Assembly: GCA_963769425.1 (NCBI GenBank)
Contig: CAVYLP010000006.1
Coordinates: 352,001-416,000 of the forward strand
Length of the DNA: 64,000 nucleotides
Direction: 5' to 3'
DNA from: Candidatus Bathyarchaeota archaeon
GTDB lineage: Archaea > Thermoproteota > Bathyarchaeia > TCS64
Shown here: positions 19,408-29,328 of the stretch, piece after piece
Layout: every line of letters begins with the position of its first letter
How positions within the stretch are numbered: position 1 is the first letter of the stretch
Notes under the pieces: generated by a model
The model's database searches: none
What the model saw: the letters and a program-made list of their open reading frames with translations, nothing else
What the model was told of the DNA's origin: nothing
Program-made: the position numbers and the translations under genes

Positions 19408-19742
19408 GATTTCTTCGGCCTCAACCTTGCTAGAGCGTCGAGCAGGGCGGTTATCGTCTCGGTGAGTTCCCTTATCTCAGCTGGCTCCGTGGCGGCGTCG
19501 AGGCGTCGCTGGAGGAGGACGAGCTTGTTCTGGAGGGTCTTCTCGAGGCTCGCCTCTTGCTTGGCTCCCTCGGGGGTCTCGCCCTCCTTCATCAGCTTGA
19601 CTTCGCGTTTCTCGCGTGGACAGAAGGTCTCGCCGGTTTTGAGCTGGAAGAGGGGGGCGCCGCACTCTGGGCAGGTGGTGCTGAGCATCTTGGCTCCTTG
19701 GCGGAGCATCTCGGCCATCTCCTTCATGCTCTGGTCGGTCAA
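19404..19742 (-). CDS. UPF0148/autoantigen p27-like zinc-ribbon protein
   Basis: MAEMLRQGAKML..TCPECGAPLF...GETFCP. Confidence 0.8.
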   Translation of the reverse strand: MTDQSMKEMAEMLRQGAKMLSTTCPECGAPLFQLKTGETFCPREKREVKLMKEGETPEGAKQEASLEKTLQNKLVLLQRRLDAATEPAEIRELTETITALLDALARLRPKKS

Positions 19743-20002
19743 GGCGATATAGTCTGGCGAGTGGGGGTATATGTCTGTTCGCGTACGCGTAGCGCGTCGT
19801 TGTAACCTGCTACCCCATGATAAGAGAAAAAAATGTTTTACGAACTTGGTAGCGAATATGTGCTCCTTTTGACTGGATCGGATCGCCAACGGGGTATTAA
19901 TTAGGCGTATTTTCATCAGTGGGTCATGTTTTCTGGTTATTTACCCGACCCCCTTCCCACCGTGATCCGTGATTTATTAAACACGTTTGGCACTAGAGAA
20001 CC

Positions 20003-20359
20003 ATGGAGTCTAAGAAGTTCAAGACGGTTGACGAGTACATAGCCTCGTTCCCGCCGGAGGTCAGGGGGGTCCTTGAGAAGGTCAGGGCGGTGGTGAGGAA
20101 GGCGGCTCCGGGAGCCGAGGAGAAGATCAGCTACGGGATGCCCGCCTACAAGCTCAAGCACCCCCTCGTCTACTTCGCGGCGCACACGAACCACATAGGG
20201 CTCTACCCGACACCCTCGGCGACTGGGGCGTTCGCCAAGGAGCTAGAGCCCTACGAATCGGGAAAGGGCTCCATCAAGTTCCCACTCGACACGCCGATCC
20301 CATACGACCTGATCAGGAGGATCGTCGAGTTTAGGGTCAAGGAAGAGGAAAGAAAATAG
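20003..20359 (+). CDS. DUF1801 (YdhG-like) protein
   Basis: TVDEYIA, APGAEEKISYGMPAY, HIGLYP, KGSIKFP. Confidence 0.88.
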   Translation: MESKKFKTVDEYIASFPPEVRGVLEKVRAVVRKAAPGAEEKISYGMPAYKLKHPLVYFAAHTNHIGLYPTPSATGAFAKELEPYESGKGSIKFPLDTPIPYDLIRRIVEFRVKEEERK

Positions 20360-20524
20360 ACGCTTTTGCCCAAAACGTTTTCAATTGTTCTCCCGGGGAC
20401 CAGGCGCGCTGTTAGTCGGGAATAGTCTTATCACCGCGTCGGGGCATAGTTGATGAGGAATTGCCGCTTGAAGAACGAAGCCCAGCCGGTTGGCCGAGCC
20501 GACCTCTTCAAGGAGTGATGAGGC

Positions 20525-21391
20525 TTGGGGAGTAGACGTCTCGGCTTCAAGCTGGAGACGCCCCTGATCGACCTCGAGATCGCCCTCGAGGAGCTGGCGC
20601 GACTCCACATCCATGAGGAGATTATCCCCGAGAAGATGCTCGAGCTCGTGGCGAAGATGCCGGGGGACGGTGTCTTCATCCACCCCATCATAGTCGACTC
20701 GCGGAGCCTCGTCGTCCTCGACGGGATGCACCGGGTCGCCGCCGCAAACGAGATCGGGTTCCGATACATCCCCATCTGCCTCGTAGACTACGCCAACCCG
20801 CACATACAGATCGGCTGTTGGTACAGGATGTTCACGGGCCTCGACGACGAGGGGGAGGCGGCTGAGGCGATCCGAGAGGCCGGCCTCGAACCCGTGGAGG
20901 AGAGCTACGAGGACGCCCACGCGATGGTGGAGAGGCGCGAGACCGTCCTGGCCCTTTTCTCGGATTCTTGGAGCCTCGCCGCCCATGGGGAAGCCGCGGA
21001 CATCAAGGCGAGATACGACGCCGTGAAGAGGATGGAGAGGACCCTGCAGGGGCGCGGACACGAGATGGGGTACAGCACTGACAGGGACGCGCGCTCCCGG
21101 GTGGCCTCAGGGGAGTACTCCTCGGGCATGATGACGCCCACCGTCACGAAGAGTGAGGTCGTCGAGACCGCCCTCGCCGGCAGGGTCTTCGCCCAGAAGA
21201 CGACGCGCCACATAATCCCCGCGAGGCCGATGAACGTCAACGTCCCGATAGCGTGGCTGGGCGGGGGCATGAGGCTCGAAGAGGCGAACACACGCCTGCG
21301 TGAGCACCTCGCATCTAGGAGGATTGAGATACTCCCCCCGGGGCAGATCATCGACAGGCGCTACGACGAGGAACTCTACGTCTTCAAGTAG
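20525..21391 (+). CDS. serK: ParB/Srx-fold protein, probable free L-serine kinase
   Basis: HE, PIIV, LDGMHR, LVDY...WYR and C-terminal TKSEV...GRVFAQKTTRHIIP, matching the recalled Thermococcus SerK pattern. Confidence 0.7.
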   Translation: MGSRRLGFKLETPLIDLEIALEELARLHIHEEIIPEKMLELVAKMPGDGVFIHPIIVDSRSLVVLDGMHRVAAANEIGFRYIPICLVDYANPHIQIGCWYRMFTGLDDEGEAAEAIREAGLEPVEESYEDAHAMVERRETVLALFSDSWSLAAHGEAADIKARYDAVKRMERTLQGRGHEMGYSTDRDARSRVASGEYSSGMMTPTVTKSEVVETALAGRVFAQKTTRHIIPARPMNVNVPIAWLGGGMRLEEANTRLREHLASRRIEILPPGQIIDRRYDEELYVFK

Positions 21392-21452
21392 GGCGCCCAT
21401 CTCCCAACATTAAAACCCCCGCGGCGAAACGCTACTAAATCAGGCGACACCG

Positions 21453-22463
21453 ATGGCGACGTGGACGGATAGGCTCAAGCACGACCCCATCAAATCGCTG
21501 GCCAACTGCGCCTACCCCGCCATCAGGTATTATGCGCGGCGCGACCTCCTCGGCGAGAAAGTGGAGCCAATTCAGACACTATGGGCGCTGCCCGACCCGG
21601 CGAAGCTCCTGAGGCACCAGCAGGGGGACGGCTCGTGGACGGTGCCCCCGAACTACCAGGAGAAGAGCCCCGACGTCAACTACCCCCTCGTCGAGACCTT
21701 CAGGCGCATCCGCGAGCTAGTCGGCAAGTACGAGCTCAACAGGTCGCACCCCGCCATCTCCAAGGCGGCGGAGTTCGTCTTCACCTGCCAGACTGGAGAA
21801 GGGGACATCCGAGGCTTCTACGTCGACCAGTATGCGCCCCACTACACGGGACTCTACACGGAGCTCCTCGTGAGAGCAGGTTACGGCGAAGACCCGCGCA
21901 TCGCTAGGGCCATCGAGTGGCTCGTCGCCCACAGGCAGGGGGACGGGGGCTGGGTCTATCCGCCACTCGCCGCGGGGATAAGCTGGGCCGAGGAGGTCTA
22001 CATCTCTGGCCACCACGCCGAGGCGATACCCTTCGACGCCTCGAAGCCCAGCAGCCACAACATAACCGGCATGGCGCTACGCGGGCTCGTCTGCCAGCCG
22101 GGATACGCGCGAATCCCCGAGGCGCGGAGGGCGGGCGAATTCCTCGCTAACCGCTTCTTCCAGAAGGACTCTTACACCTCCTACGAGGCCGGCGACTACT
22201 GGGTCAGGTTCCTCTACCCGTGGTGGTGGAACAACCTGATCATGGCCCTCGACTCCCTCCACCGCATCGGCTTCACCGCGGACCACCCGAGGGTCCGGGA
22301 GGGGATCGAATGGCTCGCCGAGCACCAGTCCCCCGACGGCCTCTGGGAGAACAGCTACAAGAAGGGCGCCAAGACGTACGAGACCGAGAGCGCCGCCGAG
22401 GGCAGGCTCTGGGTGAGCCTGGCAATCTGCAGGGTCCTGAAGAGTTACGGGAAAAACGGGTAG
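21453..22463 (+). CDS. Prenyltransferase/squalene-cyclase repeat (QW-motif) alpha-barrel protein
   Basis: Repeats QQGDGSW, QTGEGD, RQGDGGW, QSPDGLW; no DxDD motif seen. Confidence 0.7.
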   Translation: MATWTDRLKHDPIKSLANCAYPAIRYYARRDLLGEKVEPIQTLWALPDPAKLLRHQQGDGSWTVPPNYQEKSPDVNYPLVETFRRIRELVGKYELNRSHPAISKAAEFVFTCQTGEGDIRGFYVDQYAPHYTGLYTELLVRAGYGEDPRIARAIEWLVAHRQGDGGWVYPPLAAGISWAEEVYISGHHAEAIPFDASKPSSHNITGMALRGLVCQPGYARIPEARRAGEFLANRFFQKDSYTSYEAGDYWVRFLYPWWWNNLIMALDSLHRIGFTADHPRVREGIEWLAEHQSPDGLWENSYKKGAKTYETESAAEGRLWVSLAICRVLKSYGKNG

Positions 22464-22476
22464 ATGCGCTTAGCCT

Positions 22477-23791
22477 CTAGATCTTCATCTTGTTGAGCTT
22501 GCCCTCGATGACTTCCATGCCCATGTACTTCTGGAGCGCCTTCGGCACCCTGATGGTGCCGTCCTCCTGCTGGTACTGCTCCATAATCATGATCATGGTC
22601 CTCGAGGTCGCTATTGCGGTGTTGTTGAGGGTGTGGACGAAGCCGACGGGGGCCTGCCCCTCCTTCATCCTGTAGCGGACGTTCAGGCGACGCGCCTGGT
22701 AGTCGGTGCAGTTGCTGTTGCTGCCCACCTCGCGGTACTCGCCGTCCGCCATCCACGCCTCCGTGTCGTACTTCTTCGCCGCGATGCTCCCGATGTCGCC
22801 GGTGCAGACGTTCACGACGCGGTAGTGGATGCCGAGCCCCTCGTAGAGGGCCTCGCTGTTCCTCTGAAGCTCCTCGTGGAGCGTCCAGCTCTGCTCGGGG
22901 AGGCAGAAGATGAACTGCTCGATCTTGTTGAACTGGTGGACGCGGAATATGCCCTTCGTGTACTTGCCGTGGCTCCCGATCTCCCTGCGGAAGCAGGGGG
23001 AGACGCCGCACATCTTTATGGGCAGCTGGTCCGCGTTCAGTATCTCGTCCTTCAGCATCGCGCCCATCGGGTGCTCGCTTGTGGCGATGAGGTAGAGTGG
23101 GTCCTTGACGTTCTCCGCGTCGTCTATCTTGTACATGACGTTCTCGAAGTCGGCGAGGTCGGTGACGCCCTCGTAGAAGCTCCTCCTGATCATGTAGGGC
23201 GGCTCGATGAGGCTGTATCCCCTGCTGAGAAGGAGGTCCATTGCGTACCTCATCACAGAGTAGTCTAGGAGCGCCATCTCGTTGCGCAGGTAGTAGAACC
23301 CGGTGCCCGTCACCTTCGCGGCCCTCTCGAAGTCGGCTATGCCAAGGTTCTGGGAGAGCTCGGCGTGACTACTCGGCGAGAACCCGAACCTCGGCGGCTC
23401 ACCCCAGACCTTGACGACGACGTTGTCCTTGTCGTCCTTACCGTAGGGCACGGACTCGTGGAGCATGTTCGGCAGCCTCATGAGGCCGTTCCTCACGAAG
23501 ACCTGCCTCTCCTCGAGCTCGGACTCGACTGACCTTTATCTCCTCCGGGATCTTACTCGCCTCGGACTTGAGGGACGATGCGTCCTTCCCCGCCTTCATG
23601 GCCTGGGCTATCTCCTGGCTCACCTCGTTCCGCCTCTTGCGGAGCTGGTTAGCCTTAGCAGTCAACTCGCGCCACCGCTTATCCGCGGCGATCACCTGGT
23701 CGAGGAGCTCCAGCTTCTCGGGCTGCTGCCTACGCTCCAGGTTGGCGCGCACCACATCAGGGGTCTCCCTGATCAGCTTGATGTCAAGCAA
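22477..23791 (-). CDS. serS: Serine--tRNA ligase, +1 frameshift near 23533
   Basis: MLDIKLIRE N-terminal arm; LIATSEH, FRRE.G, RVHQFNKIEQF, SNCTDYQARR, HTLNNTA. Total length is 3n+1. Confidence 0.95.
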
Positions 23792-23885
23792 CTACAGTCA
23801 CGCAACCAAAAGGAGCCCGCTTGGTGAATTTAGAAGTTAGGGTCCCGGGCATGGTTTATTATCCACTGATCCCGTCGAAGCACAG

Positions 23886-24200
23886 GTGACTGTTGTGAAG
23901 TTCATAGCGTTCCTCGAGTGCTCGTCGGAGGATCTGGACGACTTCATAGAGATATGGAGGAGGAGGACGAAGGCGGGGCACACGGTGAAGACGCTTTTCC
24001 CGCCGCACACGATGGCGAACACCCCGAAGGGGTACTCGGGCTTCACTATCTTCGAGACGGATGACCCGGACGACATCATGCACTACGTGACAGAGTACGG
24101 GCAGGTAGCGAGCGTGCAGGTCTACCCAATCTGGGAGTCCCAGAAAGGCGCGGAGCTCTACCAGAAGCTCAAACTCCCGATGAAGAAGAGCGCCAAGTAG
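23886..24200 (+). CDS. Hypothetical protein, DUF3303-like ferredoxin fold
   Basis: GFTIFETDDP pattern; genome-typical codon usage. Confidence 0.55.
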   Translation: MTVVKFIAFLECSSEDLDDFIEIWRRRTKAGHTVKTLFPPHTMANTPKGYSGFTIFETDDPDDIMHYVTEYGQVASVQVYPIWESQKGAELYQKLKLPMKKSAK

Positions 24201-24282
24201 ACCGCGACACCCAGTTTCACCCGGGTCCCCCCTGCGCGGTGGTGCGCAACCCCTTTTAACGCTGACGGAGCTGAGACTCGCG

Positions 24283-24480
24283 GTGAAGCACATGGAGTCA
24301 GCCTCAAGCTACCAGATGGGCGCCTTCGAGGCCCTAGAGTGGGCTTGGCACCTCCTCAGGACGCAGAAGGAGCACAGCGGATCCGTCGACGACGCATTCA
24401 GCACGGTCCAGAAGCTCCTCGCAGAGGTTGGCAAGGGTGGAGACGTCGACTTCCGCAAGGAGATCAGCCGCCTCCAGTAG
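24283..24480 (+). CDS. Small hypothetical protein
   Basis: Fills an intergenic gap with typical codon usage; amphipathic helices. Confidence 0.55.
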   Translation: MKHMESASSYQMGAFEALEWAWHLLRTQKEHSGSVDDAFSTVQKLLAEVGKGGDVDFRKEISRLQ

Positions 24481-24525
24481 ATTTCTCTGGAAAACCATTA
24501 ATCACGACGCCCCAACTATCTGGAC

Positions 24526-25767
24526 ATGGCCCAGAACGTCCCGGTGAAAGTGGTCAAGAACGCGTACCTCATCGATGGGACGGGTAAGAAACCCGTCAAG
24601 GATGTAACTATTCTAATCAAGGGCACCACGATCGAGGAGGTCGGGAAGACCATCGACGCCCCGAGCGGGGCCGAGGTCATCGACGCGGCAGGCAAGACGG
24701 TGATGCCCGGGCTCATCGACGCCCACGTCCACATCTGCAGCAACGGTGACCCGAGCGTACTCAGCGCCCTCAGCTACCCGCCCGGCCTCGTCCAGCTCTT
24801 TGGCGCCCACAACGCGGCGAAGACCCTTGACGCGGGCTACACGACCATCAGGGATATGGGTGCGCCCGGTGGGTTCGCCCTCAGTCTCAAGAAGGCGATC
24901 GAGATGGGGGTTGCGAGGGGGCCGAGGATCGTCGCCCCCGGTAGGATCATCAGCATGACGGGGGGTCACGCCGACTTTTATCTCCCCAGCGGCGTCAGTT
25001 ACAACGACATGACCCTCGTCAGCGACGGCCCTGTTGAGACGAGGAAGTCAACAAGAGTCAACCTCCGCGAAGGGGCCGATTTCATAAAGATATGCACAAG
25101 CGGCGGCGTCATGAGCCCGAGCGACCCCGTTGACACACCCCAGTTCACTGTCGATGAGATCAAGGCGGTCAGTGATGAAGCCTACCACGTGGGTAAGTTC
25201 GTGGCTAGCCACGCACACGGCCCTACAGGGATTATGAACGCCATCATGGGTGGCGTGAAGAGCATAGAGCACGGGAGCATCCAAACTAAGGAAACGGTGA
25301 AGGCGATGGCGGAACATGACGTCATCCAGGTCCCAACCCTAGTCGCCTCGTGGAACATCCTCCAGAAGGGCACTGCGGGCGGTATCCCAGAATGGGCCGT
25401 TGCAAAGGCGAAGGAGATCGCCGAGTACCCACCGATAAGCCTGATGCTCTGCTACAAAGCGGGCGTCAAGGTGGCGGCGGGTACCGACGCTGGGACCCCA
25501 TTCAACCGCCACGGTGATAATGCGAAGGAACTGGAGCTCATGGTCGTCGCCGGCCTCAAGCCTCTTGAGGCTATAACCTGCGCCACGAAGATCGGCGCCG
25601 AGGCATGCTACCTCGGGGCGAAGACGGGCACTCTTGAGAAGGGGAAGTGGGCCGACCTCATCGTCGTCGACGGCGACCCAACTGCGGACGTGAAGATACT
25701 TCAGGATAGGGCGAAGATACGCCTCGTTATGAAGGCGGGCAGTGTTGAGGTCGATAGGGGCAATTAG
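24526..25767 (+). CDS. Metal-dependent amidohydrolase (prolidase-like group)
   Basis: PGLIDAHVH, GADFIK, SHAHG, IEHG, AGTDAG. Confidence 0.9.
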   Translation: MAQNVPVKVVKNAYLIDGTGKKPVKDVTILIKGTTIEEVGKTIDAPSGAEVIDAAGKTVMPGLIDAHVHICSNGDPSVLSALSYPPGLVQLFGAHNAAKTLDAGYTTIRDMGAPGGFALSLKKAIEMGVARGPRIVAPGRIISMTGGHADFYLPSGVSYNDMTLVSDGPVETRKSTRVNLREGADFIKICTSGGVMSPSDPVDTPQFTVDEIKAVSDEAYHVGKFVASHAHGPTGIMNAIMGGVKSIEHGSIQTKETVKAMAEHDVIQVPTLVASWNILQKGTAGGIPEWAVAKAKEIAEYPPISLMLCYKAGVKVAAGTDAGTPFNRHGDNAKELELMVVAGLKPLEAITCATKIGAEACYLGAKTGTLEKGKWADLIVVDGDPTADVKILQDRAKIRLVMKAGSVEVDRGN

Positions 25768-25770
25768 TCG

Positions 25771-26454
25771 ATGGAGATTAGGCATCTGAGCCTCCTCGAG
25801 GGGGCGCGAAAGGCGGAGGGCACCGCCGTCATCATAGACGTTTTCCGGGCGTTCACGACGGCCGCCTTCGTAATGGCGAACGGCGCCGAGACGATAATCC
25901 CAGTTGGCACCGTCGACGAGGCGCTGGAGTTGCGCCGCCGTAACCCCGAGTGGATCGTCATGGGCGAGGTCCACGGCCACAAAGTCCCCGACTTTGACTA
26001 CGGCAACAGCCCCGACGAGGTGAGCCGCATTGACTTCACCGGAAGAACCGTGATCCAGCGGACGAGCAGCGGTGTCCAGGGGATACTCGCCGCCTCCGGC
26101 GCTGAGGAGGTACTGCTGGGGAGCTTTGTTACCGCCGAGGCCACGGTCAAATACATTAAGAGAGAAGACCCGGCCGTCGTCTCCCTCGTCGCCATGGGCT
26201 GGGAGGGGGAATACGAGGCCATAGAGGACGAGCTATACGCCGAATACCTTGACACGAGGCTTCTAGGGGGGCACCCCGACTTCGCCGACATCGCGAGGAG
26301 GATCAGGGCTGATCCGCAGGGGGCGAAGTTCTTCGACCCGACGCAGACGAGCTTCAGGGAGGGGGACTTCCACGCCGCGATGAGCCTCGACAGGTTCTGC
26401 TTTGCCCTCAGGGTTAACAGGGGGCCGCCGATGCGCGTCGAGAAGGCCCGATGA
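25771..26454 (+). CDS. comB: 2-phosphosulfolactate phosphatase family protein
   Basis: VIIDVFRAFTT, GE..G......GNSP, RTSSG, ED. Confidence 0.8.
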   Translation: MEIRHLSLLEGARKAEGTAVIIDVFRAFTTAAFVMANGAETIIPVGTVDEALELRRRNPEWIVMGEVHGHKVPDFDYGNSPDEVSRIDFTGRTVIQRTSSGVQGILAASGAEEVLLGSFVTAEATVKYIKREDPAVVSLVAMGWEGEYEAIEDELYAEYLDTRLLGGHPDFADIARRIRADPQGAKFFDPTQTSFREGDFHAAMSLDRFCFALRVNRGPPMRVEKAR

Positions 26455-26494
26455 CTCTTTTTAAGCTCTAGAGTCTATTGTTTATCCGATTCTC

Positions 26495-26917
26495 ATGCGT
26501 GTCTCCGAAATCATGACCAAGGCGCCCGTCACCCTCTCTCCCGCGGCGATGGCGGACGAGGTCGCGAACATCATGTGCGAGAAGGGGATAAGCAGCGTAA
26601 TCCTCGTCACGAACGGGAAGCCGGTTGGCATAGTCACCGAGCGTGACCTCGTCCACAGGGTACTCGCTCCGGGGAAGGACCCGAAGAGGCTCATGGCGGC
26701 CGATATCTGCACCAAGCCCGTCGTCGCCGTCTCAATCCACTGCCAGGTTGAGGACGCCGTCGACACCATGCACAGGAACAAGATAAGGCGTTTAGTTGTG
26801 ATAGACAGCAACGACCACGTCGCCGGGATTATCACGACCGACGACATAGGCTACAACCTAAGGAGCATGAGCGAGGAGCTCGCCATGAAGTATCTGAGCC
26901 TCGCGAAGAGGAAGTAG
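26495..26917 (+). CDS. CBS-pair protein
   Basis: GIVTERDL and GIITTDD. Confidence 0.9.
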   Translation: MRVSEIMTKAPVTLSPAAMADEVANIMCEKGISSVILVTNGKPVGIVTERDLVHRVLAPGKDPKRLMAADICTKPVVAVSIHCQVEDAVDTMHRNKIRRLVVIDSNDHVAGIITTDDIGYNLRSMSEELAMKYLSLAKRK

Positions 26918-26994
26918 CTCTCGGGGAGTGGAGTTATTGCTCCATTCAAGTTTTAAGCTGAACCGCCACGTGTCTCTGTAAGGGGGTCCAGTGT

Positions 26995-28074
26995 GTGAAG
27001 ATCGACCCTTTCAGGTTGGAGCGCTGGCTACTCGAGAAGGCCGAGATTGACCTTGGAGGCGGTGGCGTGGCGAAGCTCCAGCTCAGGGAGGTGGTCCCCC
27101 AGTTGTCGAGCGAGACCCCGCTGAGGTATGGTCGGACATGCGGCTCCGACGCCCTTAGAGGTCTCGTCGCTGAGTGGTACGGGGTCGAGGCGGAGAACGT
27201 CCTAATCACCTCCGGGACGAGTGAGGCGAACCTGCTCGTCAACCTCACTCTCCTCGAGCCGGGGGACGAGTACTTCACCGAGGTCCCACAGTACGAGCAG
27301 ACGACGGCCTTCGTCAGGATGCTTGGGGCGAAGGTGAAGCCCTTCCACCTCGTCGAGGAGAAGGGCTGGGCTCCCGACCTCGAGGAGCTCAAGGGGAGGA
27401 TGAACCGCCGGACGAAGCTTGTCTTCCTTGATAACCCGAATAATCCGACTGGGGCAGTTATGAGTCAGGGGGATATACAGGCGCTCTGCGAGATTGCGGA
27501 GAGGGTCGGCGCCTACGTGCACTGCGACAACGCCCTGAGGGGCTCGGAGGCGGATGGTAAGCCAGCCGCGACACCCGAGTTCTACGAGAGGGGAGTGGTG
27601 ACGGGGAGCATAAGCAAGCTCGGCGCCACGAGCCCCCGCATCGGCTGGATAGTGGCGGATAAGGAGGTCATCGAGCGGTGCTGGGTGATGAAGGACTACA
27701 CGACGCTGAGCCATTGCGGCATCGGCGAGGGGATAGCGGAGAGGCTGATGACGAACCGGGCGCGGTACCTGAAGAGGAACCTCGCGATCAGGCAGGCGAA
27801 CGCCGCGACCTGGGCTGCGTGGTATAAGGAGAACTCCGACCTCGTCACCTGCGTGGAGCCGGACGCGGGCTTCACGGTCTTCCCAAAGTACAGGAACCGC
27901 CTCGGTTCAACGAAGTTCTCGGAGAGGCTCCTGAAGGAGGAAGGGGTGCTGGTGAGCCCCGGCGACCAGTTCGGGGTGGAGAGGCACCTGAGGATCAACA
28001 TCGGTGCGAAGGGGGAGACGCTGGGGAACGGGCTGGAGCGCATCGGCAGGTTCATGCGCAGGATATTGAAGTAG
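26995..28074 (+). CDS. PLP-dependent aminotransferase class I/II
   Basis: NPNNPTG, GSISK...PRIGW, LRI. Confidence 0.9.
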   Translation: MKIDPFRLERWLLEKAEIDLGGGGVAKLQLREVVPQLSSETPLRYGRTCGSDALRGLVAEWYGVEAENVLITSGTSEANLLVNLTLLEPGDEYFTEVPQYEQTTAFVRMLGAKVKPFHLVEEKGWAPDLEELKGRMNRRTKLVFLDNPNNPTGAVMSQGDIQALCEIAERVGAYVHCDNALRGSEADGKPAATPEFYERGVVTGSISKLGATSPRIGWIVADKEVIERCWVMKDYTTLSHCGIGEGIAERLMTNRARYLKRNLAIRQANAATWAAWYKENSDLVTCVEPDAGFTVFPKYRNRLGSTKFSERLLKEEGVLVSPGDQFGVERHLRINIGAKGETLGNGLERIGRFMRRILK

Positions 28075-28252
28075 CTCCGCGTGCGTGCATGAGGGTGGAT
28101 CCTTCGCCATCGCCACGTCTTTGGTTATTCTCGTCCCTTTTCGGGTTTAGCGGGTTTTTCTGGTTCCTTTGGTGGCGGAGGTGCGGCGGAATCCGTCGCT
28201 GGCTTGTGGATGAGGTCTATATCCTCGGCTCCCCCTGTTTATCAGGGTCTGG

Positions 28253-28957
28253 ATGAGGATCGGGATACTCGGCGGAACTGGCAACATGGGTGGCGGTCTC
28301 GCGCTCCGCCTCTCCCTCGGGCACGAGGTAACGGTGGGGTCGAGGAGCATCGAGAAGGCGGAGGAGATAGCGAAGGAGCTGCGGGCTAAGGCTGTGGGTT
28401 TCTACGGCTCCGCGATGAGGGGGAGCATCAGGGGGGCACTCAACGAGGACACCGTCGAGGGCAGGGACGTGGTCATCGAGACCCTCCCCGCGTCCGCCGC
28501 CATCACGACCCTCACCGCCATCAGGAACAGGTTCACACCCGGGCAGATAGTTGTCTCCTGCGTCGTCCCGATGAAGAAGAAGGGAAAGCTCTACACGTGG
28601 TCGCCGGTCGTCGCGGGGGGCTGTGATGAGGCGCGGTCCGCCGCGGAGCTGATACAGGAAGCCGTCGCACCGGTGAAAGTGGTCTCCGCCTTCCAGACGG
28701 TCCCAGCCGAGTACCTGAACGACGTGGAGGCGATTCTGGACCTCGATGTGCTCGTAGCGGGGGACGACGAGATGGCAGTGGATGCGGTGATGGGGCTCGC
28801 GAGGGACATCCCGGGCCTTAGGCCCCTCAGGGTCGGCCCCCTCGAGAACTCGAAGTGGGTGGAGTCGCTGACGCCGCTCCTGCTTAACGCCGCTATCCTC
28901 AACCATCTCCACGACCCCTCGATAAGGATCGTGCCGTGGTCCCCAGACGAGAAATGA
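28253..28957 (+). CDS. npdG: NADPH-dependent F420 reductase
   Basis: GGTGNMG.GLA.RL, GSRS.EKA, SAAE, VVSAF, VESLTPLL. Confidence 0.85.
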   Translation: MRIGILGGTGNMGGGLALRLSLGHEVTVGSRSIEKAEEIAKELRAKAVGFYGSAMRGSIRGALNEDTVEGRDVVIETLPASAAITTLTAIRNRFTPGQIVVSCVVPMKKKGKLYTWSPVVAGGCDEARSAAELIQEAVAPVKVVSAFQTVPAEYLNDVEAILDLDVLVAGDDEMAVDAVMGLARDIPGLRPLRVGPLENSKWVESLTPLLLNAAILNHLHDPSIRIVPWSPDEK

Positions 28958-28984
28958 GGATATGGCGATCCTGAACTCGAGCTG

Positions 28985-29131
28985 CACCTCGGTCTACTGG
29001 CGCGCTAGGGCATCTTAGCCGCCTTCAAACGCAGCGGCAGGTGGTTCGTGAAGGAAGAGGAGCTTAAAACCTACCTCAACAGCGTGAAGAGAAGAAAACA
29101 ACGAACCATAAATCGAGCTACTTCCCCCTGA
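28985..29131 (+). pseudogene. Relic of an excisionase-like HTH domain (as at the C-terminus of some Fic proteins)
   Basis: HLGLLAR*GILAAFKRSGRWFVKEEELKTYL, with an in-frame TAG at 29006 and no start codon. Confidence 0.5.
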
Positions 29132-29152
29132 GAACGTCATCTAGAATGAGTG

Positions 29153-29239
29153 TGGCGCCGGGAGAGGGATTCGAACCCTCGAGTCCGTACGGACACCAGC
29201 TTTCCAGGCTGGCTCCCTACCGAGCTAGGAGACCCCGGC
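29153..29239 (-). tRNA. tRNA-Ser(GGA), intronless, CCA encoded
   Basis: Acceptor GCCGGGG/TCCCGGC; anticodon arm CCAGC-CTGGAAA-GCTGG; long variable arm GTCCGTACGGAC; T-loop GTTCGAATC. Confidence 0.95.
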
Positions 29240-29328
29240 TCCACCAATATCCGAAGGGATCACCGATTTAAAGTCTACCCGGGGGGACCGGAGACGTTTT
29301 TAGGGGCGAATGGTGAGGCTTCTACGCA

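Noticed and set aside
20525-21391. ParB partitioning gene marking a plasmid or provirus
   Set aside because: No parA or HTH is present, the C-terminal motifs fit SerK, and the surroundings are housekeeping genes.
23520-23545. Programmed frameshift in serS
   Set aside because: No slippery sequence is present, and the same +1 pattern occurs in many unrelated genes, so error is the simpler explanation.
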